From positions 30,400 to 94,399 of the IMG/VR virus record IMGVR_UViG_3300027746_000644: a stretch of DNA of 64,000 nt. One strand, 5' to 3'. This DNA is from a virus. Under the pieces are notes generated by a model. That model did no database searches, was not told where the DNA came from, and saw only the letters and a list, made by a program, of their open reading frames with translations. Position numbers and translations under genes: made by a program. Shown piece by piece: positions 28,288 to 37,454 of the stretch. How positions within the stretch are numbered: position 1 is the first letter of the stretch; each line of letters starts with the position of its first letter.

Positions 28288-30219
28288 ATGGACATGAGGA
28301 AAATTTTACAAGCAATGGATGGCATTTCCGCCCGGCCTGTAGAAGGTGCTGACAGCATGGCACGTTTTCTTCGTGTGGTTCGAGAATCTGAAATTAATCA
28401 GGCAGAAGCAGTGGGAGATTTTAGTGCTGATCCAAAAAGTCAAGCACAAATGTACCTACAGTTTCATACTGGTATGATGGATCCATCAACGTTGCCTGCG
28501 TTTATGGCCATTACACCAAGGGTATCATTGGCTGTGCAACCGCCTATTGGTACAACAGGGTCGCACGAAGAAGTATTAGCAAGTTTATCAGCCGCTAACA
28601 AGCGGTTACCCAAAGATCTACAAGTCAGCTGGGACGAATTAAAAGATATTGGCGGTGTCAGTGACACTATTAAATTAACCGGTGAGCCACACCCTGACAC
28701 ATATAACCCTACAACTGATCCAGTTAAAGAAGGATTAGTTGATAGCAATGGCAATCCTGTTTTGTCAGGCAGTGGACAACCCATACAAACTGGTCAGCCT
28801 GCGACAGCGCCTGCTCCAGCACAACCGCAAATTGATCCAGCAAACTACAAAGTACCCAGCATTGAATTCTTAAAAAAGAACTATGAGCATCCGGCTGATA
28901 TTATTGACGGCGGCACACGTTCGGAAACTGAACCTGATAGACTTGGGGCTTGGAACGGCATAAGTGACTTTGCAGATTTGATGATGGCGCTAGATGCTTC
29001 TTATTATCGAGCTCGTAAGGCCGATCCTAATTACAAACAGCCTGCTTTTGTTAAAGATGACTGGGAACTAATTCAGCGTATGTTAGGAACCCCAGAAGGT
29101 AAAGAATATGCAATTGATACAAAGATTGGTCTAAGTAGTATTCATGACAAGTCCCCAGACGCAGAATTTAATCGTGCTCAACATACAGAATTTGAAAAAC
29201 AAGCTAACGCTAGATTCATGCAACAACCTGACGGGGTAGTGACTCCTGGTTGGAAATTTGATCAAAAACTAGGAATGACTCCAGTGCAAGCAGAATTACA
29301 AAAACAAAAAGCACAACAGCCTGCTCCAGTACAAGAAAACAGTCTAAGTAAATTTTTATCTATTGTGAGAAAGAACGATGTCAGCATGTTGAGCGAAGGT
29401 ACCAATCCACACCGAGTAGCATTGCCAGTGCAACTGGCCATGCAACATTATCAACAGCCTGTAACTAAACCGCAACCACGTGAACGTTTGATTGACAAGT
29501 ATTTTGTGGAAGCTGAAACTGACCTTACTCAACGCAAAGAAGAAAAACGTGCTGTATATAATCAGTATGCCAAGACTATTGCTAACCGTGTGCTGATGAA
29601 AGAGTCCGCACAAGATGTGTCAGAAGACAATGTACCAACTGATCCAAATAAATTAACAGCATCTATGTTAATGGGCGGTGAGTATAAAGAACTTGATCTA
29701 ACACCACTCATAGCAAAAAACAATTGGGTAGGCACGCCAAAACAAGTTATCAATCAGGCCGACAAATGGTTAAGTGATTTTTTAAGACAACGTGGTAACA
29801 TGTATTCTAATCTAAAAATCAAATACAAAGGCCTAACAATGACCTCTAGTAAAATAGGTGATATAGACGCATCGGATCCAGAATTTGAATCAATAGCAGA
29901 AGCGCCGATTGCCATGGATCCCGCTGAACCAAACAATCCCACTATACACAATCACCAAAAAGCCAACACAATGACATTGAAAGGTCGTATCATGAGTGCT
30001 CGTGCGCAATTACAAGAATTAGCTGAATTATCTGAAAGTGATAGTTTATTGGTGTGGGAACAAATTTGTAAAAAAGCCAAAGGCGGCATGTTCATGGGAC
30101 TTGAACAGAACTTGGAACAAATCCGTCATGGTATTGAACAACTAGCGGCCAAGCGCAAGCAAGGTGGACGCGGCAGCAGAGGAATTACTCCAGGCATTGG
30201 CGAAGGAAAAAGAAAATGA
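28288..30219 (+). CDS. Putative internal head polyprotein
   Basis: MDMRKIL start; VRE|S, VKE|G, VQE|N, LSE|G, MKE|S, IAE|A. Confidence 0.55.
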   Translation: MDMRKILQAMDGISARPVEGADSMARFLRVVRESEINQAEAVGDFSADPKSQAQMYLQFHTGMMDPSTLPAFMAITPRVSLAVQPPIGTTGSHEEVLASLSAANKRLPKDLQVSWDELKDIGGVSDTIKLTGEPHPDTYNPTTDPVKEGLVDSNGNPVLSGSGQPIQTGQPATAPAPAQPQIDPANYKVPSIEFLKKNYEHPADIIDGGTRSETEPDRLGAWNGISDFADLMMALDASYYRARKADPNYKQPAFVKDDWELIQRMLGTPEGKEYAIDTKIGLSSIHDKSPDAEFNRAQHTEFEKQANARFMQQPDGVVTPGWKFDQKLGMTPVQAELQKQKAQQPAPVQENSLSKFLSIVRKNDVSMLSEGTNPHRVALPVQLAMQHYQQPVTKPQPRERLIDKYFVEAETDLTQRKEEKRAVYNQYAKTIANRVLMKESAQDVSEDNVPTDPNKLTASMLMGGEYKELDLTPLIAKNNWVGTPKQVINQADKWLSDFLRQRGNMYSNLKIKYKGLTMTSSKIGDIDASDPEFESIAEAPIAMDPAEPNNPTIHNHQKANTMTLKGRIMSARAQLQELAELSESDSLLVWEQICKKAKGGMFMGLEQNLEQIRHGIEQLAAKRKQGGRGSRGITPGIGEGKRK

Positions 30220-32000
30220 ATTTTAGAGAACTTATCAACAAGTTAGATCACATCAACGAAGCCGAAGGTCTCACACTGCAAAGCATTGCCGCTATTGAAA
30301 AAGCCGCAATGGAAAAAGCTGGCACTGAAAAAGCCAAAGGTGGTTGGACTGGTTTTACCACATGGGATCCTCGTGTGGCTGGTAACATTGCGTTGGCTAA
30401 ACTGGCGCAACAAAACAACTTTGAAGGCCTATTCAACAGCGAAGGTGATTTTGTTGTGGCCTACGGAAATAGAACATGGAGTTCAAACAGTGAACTGCAT
30501 CCAGGTGAGAATCCTCGTGTTGTGCCGCCAAGTCCAGATGACTGGAAACCATTGGCCGCAAAAGGCCTAGTTCCACAAAATGCCAAAGGCCCAGCTGGTT
30601 TATTAAATTGGTTGTCAAACGGTGGAGCACAAAAAGAATTTGATGCTGTTAAAAAACAATCAGCTGATGCGGCGGCCGCTTCAGCAGATGCGGTCAATGG
30701 CGCGGCGGCTCCACAAGCCGCCAGCGTTTCTACAGCAGACGAAGAAACAATGATGACTCAACTGGAAGAGTTAGTTGATCAGTATCTTGCATTAAAAACA
30801 ACCAGTAAGAAAGTTGTGGTACCTGCCAAAACTGCCAATGGCAAAACTACTAAAGCAAACAGCAACACAACTGATACTGTAGACAGTGACTCTAAAAAAT
30901 CTGCTCCAGGCGAAACAGCATTGAAAACTGCCGGTGGAGCAACTGCTGGCTATTTACTAGGTAATAAACCAAAAGCTGGCCCTAAAGGCAAACTCCGTCC
31001 AAGTCTTGGCGGCATTATTGGAGGCTTGGCCGGTGGCTATGCAGGAAGCCAGTTGGACGAAAACATTGCCAAGAGTCTAGTTGAAAGTTTTGGCTATCAA
31101 AAAAAACCCAGCATTGAAGAAATAGTTGAAAGTCTTGGCTTGAGAAAAGACTATCCTTACGGACATCAATTTTTAAAAGAAGCGATTATTACATCCAAAA
31201 AAGATGAATTAGAAATTGATGATGACGAAGAAGACGAAATTATCGATCCAGTAAAAAACAACAAGGTTTTTGGTGCTGGAGGTACAGGTTCAAAAGCAAT
31301 TCAAGGCATAGGCAAAGCACTGTCCGGCAATAATAAATCAGTCAGCAAAGATCCGCAAAGTTTATTTGATATGGCGTTTCACAACAAGTATTGGAACAAC
31401 TGGACTGAAGATTCATTGTCATGGGATGATGTGATTGTTCCAGGTTTTGACTGGATGGATGGCGAGCCACTATATACCTTTAGAGAACTTGGATTAGATT
31501 TGGGAATTGCGGCTGGTTTTGTTATGGTGGGCACTATCATGGCGCCGTTTACTGCGGGCGCATCTGTGCCAGTGGCCGCGGCAGCTGGCGTTACGGCCGG
31601 TGTAGTCAGGGCCACTGGCTCAATATTAATTAAGTTGTTGATTAAGATAGGAATAGCCATTGCCAAGGCAGTAAAACTGTACGGAAGGCCATTTTGGGAG
31701 TTTGCGAAAAAGAACCCAAGCAAGGCCGCAAAAGCAGTGGGACAAATTGCAAAGACTCATTTGGAAGCATTTTATAATGGCATAGCAAAAAACTTTGGTG
31801 CTAGCAACATGGGGTGGATGGTGCTTGGGACCATGGGCTTTCAAGCTCTGCTCACGGCATGGGAGAAATACAGTGGAAAAATTCTACCTGATTATATAAA
31901 GAATCCCATAGATAAAGGAGCTGGGTGGTTGGCAGACAAAGCAAGACAGGGATTTGATGGCGCAAGAAAAATAACAGGACTAGAGGAAGGCATGGCATGA
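30216..32000 (+). CDS. Putative internal/ejection protein with glycine zipper and hydrophobic hairpin
   Basis: MNFRELINKLDHINE|A; GGIIGGLAGGYAG; long hydrophobic AG-rich segment. Confidence 0.55.
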   Translation: MNFRELINKLDHINEAEGLTLQSIAAIEKAAMEKAGTEKAKGGWTGFTTWDPRVAGNIALAKLAQQNNFEGLFNSEGDFVVAYGNRTWSSNSELHPGENPRVVPPSPDDWKPLAAKGLVPQNAKGPAGLLNWLSNGGAQKEFDAVKKQSADAAAASADAVNGAAAPQAASVSTADEETMMTQLEELVDQYLALKTTSKKVVVPAKTANGKTTKANSNTTDTVDSDSKKSAPGETALKTAGGATAGYLLGNKPKAGPKGKLRPSLGGIIGGLAGGYAGSQLDENIAKSLVESFGYQKKPSIEEIVESLGLRKDYPYGHQFLKEAIITSKKDELEIDDDEEDEIIDPVKNNKVFGAGGTGSKAIQGIGKALSGNNKSVSKDPQSLFDMAFHNKYWNNWTEDSLSWDDVIVPGFDWMDGEPLYTFRELGLDLGIAAGFVMVGTIMAPFTAGASVPVAAAAGVTAGVVRATGSILIKLLIKIGIAIAKAVKLYGRPFWEFAKKNPSKAAKAVGQIAKTHLEAFYNGIAKNFGASNMGWMVLGTMGFQALLTAWEKYSGKILPDYIKNPIDKGAGWLADKARQGFDGARKITGLEEGMA

Positions 32001-33955
32001 ATAATTTAACCACCCACATGGCAGAGCTTAGAAAAATCCTTGCCGAAATAGAAAACAAAACCATTACTGAAGCTTTGGTATCTAGGATTCTTGGAGGCGG
32101 GGCAGCGGAGCAGATACTCAAAGACGGTGTTACAGGACTGGCTAAACAAGGTGCTAAAACAATTATAAAACAGTTAGGCGAGGAAGTTACAGTTAATGTA
32201 ATTCGTCGAGTAGGTAAAAAGAAAATAGAACAAGAAGTTGAATTAGTATTAAAAAAAGTTGCCGACCAAGATTCGTATCTAATAGTTTTACGAAACGGCA
32301 AACAACCACAGAAGACTACTATATTATCAGCAGAGCAAGTAGCAGATGATGTTGAAAAAGCAGTTGTTGCTGGCAGATCAGTAAAACTTAGTGGGGAATT
32401 ACAAGTTAGGGCATCGTCAGAACTAGCACAGCAAGCCGTCAAAGATGCCAACAACATGACCGATGCACAGCTTGAAGCGGCAATTAAAGATACAGATAGA
32501 TCACCTGCCATAAGAAGAGAATTCAAAGCAATATTAGACCAAAGAAAGGCCAGCAAGACAGGCGACTCCGAATCTTTAAAACGCGAAGCGGAGAGAGGTG
32601 CAAAGGACATAGCCGGCAAAACCGATGCTGATTTGCAAGCACTGTATAATAATCCAAATGTGACTGCGGCACAACGCAAGGCAGCTAAAGAAGAATTAGA
32701 ACGTCGTGGAATAAAACCAGAAGCACCTAAAACAGATGCACCTAAACCAGCTGAAGCACCTAGAACAGAACCAGAAGCACCTAAAGCAGGCAGTCAAGAG
32801 GCAGCTAATCTTGAAAGAGCTCGAGTTGATTACAAAAAATTATCTGATAGTGAATTACAAACAATATATAACGGTCGAGATGAAATGTATAATTCTTGGC
32901 AAAAACAAGCCGCTAAAGAAACATTAGAAAGCCGTGGTATTAAGCCTGGTGTAACTAAAGTAGAACCAGCGCCTGAACCTAAAGTAAATGCACCCAAAAC
33001 AGCCGACGATGTATTACAAGCAAAGAAAACTGCGGCCGCTGAAGCCGAGGCCAAAGCCGCTATTGATGCAGGTGAAGTAAAAATTAAAGAAGCTGATTTG
33101 TTGCCGGCAAAACCCGGAGAAACTGCAAGTGAGAGATTAAAACGCACACTTGAAGAAAAACCTGAAATAGTAGACAAGTGGAACAGCCTCAAAGGCACTA
33201 AGGGCGAAGAAGGATTTTGGCAGTATGTTAAACGACGCAAAGTAGCCACGCTAGTAACAGCACTCACAGTAGCGGCCATAGCGGCTGGTGTGTACAACAG
33301 TGGGGCAGAACCAGAAGAGGTTGACAATGCCGCAGAACCAGCAGAAATTGGTGATGATGAGCCTGAGGAATTAGATGATGAGGCCGTCGCGGCAGCAGCC
33401 GCCAAGAAGAAAGCTGAAGCAGATGCTGCCAAGAAGAAAGCAGATGCCGCTAATTCGGAAGCAGGACAAAGTGCTAGTACAACAACAGAAAAAGACGGAA
33501 AAGAAACTGACGGAAAAGAAACTGACGGAAAAGAGACAGACGGAGTTGCTGATAATTCTGCAGAACAACAAGAATTATTAACGCAGATAAATGCACTAAT
33601 TGCCAAACTATCTAAATCCAAAGATCCTGCAATACAAAAAAGATTGGCCGCTGTTAGAAAAAAGTTGGGACAAACTGATCAGGCCGCTAGTGTTGTATCA
33701 AAAGATGAACCTTATGTTGCAAGCGGTTGGTATGACATTGGTCAGGGATACCGAAGATGGTATGGTAAGGATGGAGTGGATCCAACAACTGGCCGTAAAG
33801 TAACCACTGGTACTACAGATATTACACCAAGCGATGGTGTACAACATCGTGATAAGTATGCCAACATGTCGCAACTAGAGTTGGCTAATCTAGCAAGAAG
33901 AAATGCGGCATCGGGCAACCCTGCAAAAACTAAAAGCAATTGGGAAAATAAATGA
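31997..33955 (+). CDS. Putative internal/ejection protein with one TM segment
   Basis: ITE|A; three helical repeats; RRKVATLVTALTVAAIAAGVY. Confidence 0.55.
   Translation: MNNLTTHMAELRKILAEIENKTITEALVSRILGGGAAEQILKDGVTGLAKQGAKTIIKQLGEEVTVNVIRRVGKKKIEQEVELVLKKVADQDSYLIVLRNGKQPQKTTILSAEQVADDVEKAVVAGRSVKLSGELQVRASSELAQQAVKDANNMTDAQLEAAIKDTDRSPAIRREFKAILDQRKASKTGDSESLKREAERGAKDIAGKTDADLQALYNNPNVTAAQRKAAKEELERRGIKPEAPKTDAPKPAEAPRTEPEAPKAGSQEAANLERARVDYKKLSDSELQTIYNGRDEMYNSWQKQAAKETLESRGIKPGVTKVEPAPEPKVNAPKTADDVLQAKKTAAAEAEAKAAIDAGEVKIKEADLLPAKPGETASERLKRTLEEKPEIVDKWNSLKGTKGEEGFWQYVKRRKVATLVTALTVAAIAAGVYNSGAEPEEVDNAAEPAEIGDDEPEELDDEAVAAAAAKKKAEADAAKKKADAANSEAGQSASTTTEKDGKETDGKETDGKETDGVADNSAEQQELLTQINALIAKLSKSKDPAIQKRLAAVRKKLGQTDQAASVVSKDEPYVASGWYDIGQGYRRWYGKDGVDPTTGRKVTTGTTDITPSDGVQHRDKYANMSQLELANLARRNAASGNPAKTKSNWENK
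33494..33544 (+). repeat. 15-bp coding tandem repeat (DGKET x3)
   Basis: GACGGAAAAGAAACT x2 + GACGGAAAAGAGACA + GACGGA. Confidence 0.9.
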
Positions 33956-33956
33956 T

Positions 33957-34343
33957 ATGGAAAAAACAATAAAAGTAGTATTTACAGATGGTACTAGTCC
34001 AAAAAATCTAATAAAATTGCCGGCTGGTTATGATATGAAGAAATTGCCGGGCTGGTTGGCAAACAAATATCCAGATAAAACAGTTGCAACCGTTGACGGA
34101 CAACCTTTTGTTGCGCAGGCCGCCCGCGTAACTGAACCAGAGTTAACTGCGGACGATGCAGGTAAAAAAACAGGACAAACAATTAAAGATATTGGTATAG
34201 GAACCTGGGATGCGGTTAGCGATGTTGCAGATAAAACATGGCGATTTGGCAAGGGTGTTGCAAAAGGGATTGCAGGAATTGACGAATCAATCAAAGCACA
34301 AGACGACGCAGTTTTAGAAAGAATTAAAAGCATCAAATATTGA
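33957..34343 (+). CDS. Putative internal head protein
   Basis: Start at ATG 33957 after the upstream stop; C-terminal IDE|S...VLERIKSIKY. Confidence 0.55.
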   Translation: MEKTIKVVFTDGTSPKNLIKLPAGYDMKKLPGWLANKYPDKTVATVDGQPFVAQAARVTEPELTADDAGKKTGQTIKDIGIGTWDAVSDVADKTWRFGKGVAKGIAGIDESIKAQDDAVLERIKSIKY

Positions 34344-34345
34344 TT

Positions 34346-34370
34346 ATGGCGGATTTATTCCGCCATTTTC
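34346..34370 (+). terminator. Intrinsic terminator closing the head-protein block
   Basis: ATGGCGGA-tttat-TCCGCCAT-TTTC, followed by a second hairpin ACCTCAAA/TTTGAGGT (34371-34392). Confidence 0.7.
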
Positions 34371-34391
34371 ACCTCAAAAATATCTTTGAGG

Positions 34392-34420
34392 TTGCATTAC
34401 ACGGATAACTAGTATATAAT
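34392..34420 (+). promoter_or_regulatory. Sigma70-type promoter for the replication block
   Basis: TTGCAT, 17 bp, TATAAT. Confidence 0.65.
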
Positions 34421-34444
34421 AGGCATATACATTAGGAGACTTAC

Positions 34445-34702
34445 ATGTCAGGACGTTCATACGGCGCAGAAGAAAAGGCAAAACTAGAAAGATTGATTAC
34501 CGAAGGATCAACAGTATTACGTGAAATCGAAGACTTGCAAGTAGGCTTAAAAGAAACAGTACAGGCAGTGGCGGAAGAATTACAAGTAAAACCCAGCATT
34601 ATTAACAAAGCTATTAAAATTGCCCACAAAGGCGATTGGCAGGCACATAATGCAGATTGGGCAGAGATTGAAGCAATTTTAGATATCACAAAACGTATCT
34701 AA
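34445..34702 (+). CDS. T4 DsbA-like small dsDNA-binding protein
   Basis: Helical 85-aa protein (LREIEDL..GLKETVQAVAEELQVKPSIINKAIKIAHK); AGGAG SD. Confidence 0.55.
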   Translation: MSGRSYGAEEKAKLERLITEGSTVLREIEDLQVGLKETVQAVAEELQVKPSIINKAIKIAHKGDWQAHNADWAEIEAILDITKRI

Positions 34703-34724
34703 TAAGTAGTACACACAAGGGCAA

Positions 34725-34770
34725 GCGGGCCATAAACCGCACGTTAGGTATTTGTCAGCCAAAAATGACA
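34725..34770 (+). promoter_or_regulatory. Tandem hairpins in the polymerase mRNA leader (candidate translational operator)
   Basis: GCGG-GCCATAAA-CCGC and TGTCA-GCCAAAAA-TGACA immediately before the GGAG SD. Confidence 0.6.
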
Positions 34771-34783
34771 TATGGAGAATATA

Positions 34784-37453
34784 TTGAGCTATGTAGACGC
34801 ATGGTTTGACCGCGAGAACGATGTTATTCGAGTGGTCGAACGTAATAAAAAACAAGAACGTGAGTTCCGTGACATTCCTGTCAAACACACGTTTTACTTC
34901 AAAGACCCTCGCGGCAAATTCCAAAGCATATACGGTGATCCACTCACACGTATTATTTGCAAAAACACCAAAGAGCTGAGAAAAGAACAAGCTATTAATT
35001 CAAGCAAAAAATTGTTTGAAGCAGACATCAATCCCATCTTTGTTTGTCTGAGCGAAAACTATCTAAATGCAGAACCTCCAAAATTAAACATAGCATTTTT
35101 TGACATTGAAGTAGACTTTGATCCAGAACGTGGCTACGCATCACCGGATGATGCGTTCATGCCCATCACTGCCATTGCTGTGTACTTGCAATGGATGGAA
35201 ACAATGATATGTTTGGCTGTTCCACCTAAGAAACTCAAGATGGCGGATGCCAAAGAAATGGTCAAAGACTTTGACAACGTGATGCTGTATGAAACTGAAG
35301 CTGAGATGTTGGATGTGTTCTTGGACCTGATCAAAGATGCTGATGTATTGAGTGGTTGGAATTCGGAAGGCTTTGATATTCCCTACACAGTTAATCGTGT
35401 GACCAAAGCCCTAAGCAAAGAAGATACAAGACGTTTTTGTTTGTTCAATCAATTCCCCAAGAAACGTGAATATGAAAAGTATGGCAGGCAAGCTACCACA
35501 TATGACTTTATTGGTCGTGTGCATTTGGATAGCCTTGAACTTTACAGAAAATACACATATGAAGAACGCCACACATACAGACTGGATGCCATTGCTGAAT
35601 ATGAACTGGGTGAGCGTAAAACACAGTACGAAGGCACCTTAGATCAGCTCTACAACAATGATTTTAGAACATTTGTTGAATACAACATCAACGACTGTAT
35701 GCTTCTTGAAAAATTAGATAAGAAATTAAAATTCATGGACCTTGCCAACACGCTGGCACATGAATGTACTGTGTTGCTACAGACCACAATGGGTGCTGTG
35801 GCTGTGACTGAGCAGGCCATTATCAACGAAGCTCATCGTAGAGGGTTTCAAGTTCCTAATCGTACCAAGATGGACGACAGAGAAGACAACGAAGGTGCCG
35901 CAGGTGCATATGTTGCCTATCCCAAAGAAGGCATTCACGATTGGATTGGCTCATTGGACATTAATTCATTGTATCCTTCAGCAATTAGAGCATTGAACAT
36001 GGGCCCAGAAACCATTGTTGGACAGTTGCGACAAACTATTACACAAGAGTATATTGATAGCATGGTGGCCAAAGGTAAAAGTTTTGCGGCAGCGTGGGAA
36101 GGTGTATTTGGATCGTTAGAATATACCGCAGTGATGGAACAACAGATCGGCACTGACATTACCATCGACTGGGAGAATGGAGACGTTGATGTGGTCAGTG
36201 CCGCAGAAGTATATAGATTAATATACGAAAGCAACCAACCTTGGATACTTAGTGCCAACGGCACTATCTTTACCTACGAAAAAGAAGGTATTATCCCCGG
36301 ATTGCTCAAACGTTGGTATAGTGAACGTAAAGACATGCAGGCTAAATTAAAAGATGCAATTAAAGCAGGCAATAAAGTTGAAGAAGAATACTGGGACAAA
36401 CGACAGTTGGTTAAAAAGATTAACCTAAACAGTTTGTATGGTGCTATTCTCAACAATGGTTGCAGATTCTTTGATAAACGTATTGGACAATCAACCACGC
36501 TAACCGGTCGTGCTATTGCTCGACACATGGCCAGTAAAGTTAATGAAATTGTTGCAGGCGAATATAATCACACAGGCAAAGCTATCATCTATGGTGATAC
36601 AGACTCGTGTTATTTTTCAGCATACAAAGTATTAGAAAAAGAAATTACTGCGGGACAACTGCCTTGGACCAAGGAAAGCGTAGTTCAGCTTTACGATCAA
36701 ATTGCAGAGGAAGTTAACAGTACGTTTCCGCAGTTTATGTTGGATGCGTTTCATGTGCCTAAAAGCCGTGGCGAAGTTATCAAAGCAGGTCGAGAGATTG
36801 TTGGATCAAAGAGTTTGTTTATTACTAAAAAACGTTATGCTGTTCTTTACTATGATAAAGAAGGTAAACGTGCGGACATAGACGGCAAGCCTGGTAAGAT
36901 TAAGGCCATGGGCTTGGATCTCAAACGCAGTGACACACCAGAATTTATTCAAAACTTTTTAAGTGATGTGCTTGAACTGGTATTGACAGGTGCAAATGAG
37001 CAACAAGTACTGGATCATATTAGTGAATTCCGTATTCGCTTTAAAGCAAGACCTGGTTGGGAAAAAGGCAGTCCAAAACGTGCCAACAACATTACCGACT
37101 ATCAAGCTAAGGAAGCCAAGGCAGGCAAGACCAACATGCCTGGTCATGTTCGTGCAAGTATCAATTGGAACACACTAAAGCGTATGTATGGCGACAAGTA
37201 CAGTATGGGTATTACTGACGGCGCTAAAGTTATTGTTTGCAAATTGAAACCCAATGCTCTAGGATTTACCAGTGTTGCATATCCGGTTGATGAACTGAGA
37301 TTACCACAGTGGTTTAAAGACTTGGCATTTGATCATGCCGAGATGGAACAGACAATTATTGACAACAAGTTAGACAACTTGATTGGTGTATTGAACTGGG
37401 ATATCAACAGCACTGAAGAAAAGAATACATTTAACAGTTTTTTCGAGTTCTAA
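34784..37453 (+). CDS. polB: Family B DNA polymerase (T4 gp43-like)
   Basis: Exonuclease FFDIE, DINSLYPS, KINLNSLYG, YGDTDS; probable TTG start at 34784 with GGAG SD at 34774-34777. Confidence 0.97.
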   Translation: MSYVDAWFDRENDVIRVVERNKKQEREFRDIPVKHTFYFKDPRGKFQSIYGDPLTRIICKNTKELRKEQAINSSKKLFEADINPIFVCLSENYLNAEPPKLNIAFFDIEVDFDPERGYASPDDAFMPITAIAVYLQWMETMICLAVPPKKLKMADAKEMVKDFDNVMLYETEAEMLDVFLDLIKDADVLSGWNSEGFDIPYTVNRVTKALSKEDTRRFCLFNQFPKKREYEKYGRQATTYDFIGRVHLDSLELYRKYTYEERHTYRLDAIAEYELGERKTQYEGTLDQLYNNDFRTFVEYNINDCMLLEKLDKKLKFMDLANTLAHECTVLLQTTMGAVAVTEQAIINEAHRRGFQVPNRTKMDDREDNEGAAGAYVAYPKEGIHDWIGSLDINSLYPSAIRALNMGPETIVGQLRQTITQEYIDSMVAKGKSFAAAWEGVFGSLEYTAVMEQQIGTDITIDWENGDVDVVSAAEVYRLIYESNQPWILSANGTIFTYEKEGIIPGLLKRWYSERKDMQAKLKDAIKAGNKVEEEYWDKRQLVKKINLNSLYGAILNNGCRFFDKRIGQSTTLTGRAIARHMASKVNEIVAGEYNHTGKAIIYGDTDSCYFSAYKVLEKEITAGQLPWTKESVVQLYDQIAEEVNSTFPQFMLDAFHVPKSRGEVIKAGREIVGSKSLFITKKRYAVLYYDKEGKRADIDGKPGKIKAMGLDLKRSDTPEFIQNFLSDVLELVLTGANEQQVLDHISEFRIRFKARPGWEKGSPKRANNITDYQAKEAKAGKTNMPGHVRASINWNTLKRMYGDKYSMGITDGAKVIVCKLKPNALGFTSVAYPVDELRLPQWFKDLAFDHAEMEQTIIDNKLDNLIGVLNWDINSTEEKNTFNSFFEF

Positions 37454-37454
37454 T

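Noticed and set aside
33494-33544. Short direct repeats as a CRISPR array or DGR repeat
   Set aside because: In-frame 15-bp coding repeats without spacers; no cas gene or reverse transcriptase in the window.
31852-33621. Long antisense ORFs (275 and 263 aa)
   Set aside because: Shadows of Ala/Lys/Glu-rich plus-strand genes; no recognisable motifs.
34772-34783. ATG starts given by the ORF track at 34772 and 38262
   Set aside because: In both cases the ATG overlaps the GGAG Shine-Dalgarno; downstream TTG 34784 and ATG 38274 are correctly spaced.
34784-37453. Intein or intron in the polymerase
   Set aside because: Length and motif spacing fit an uninterrupted gp43-like enzyme; no splice motifs or homing endonuclease seen.
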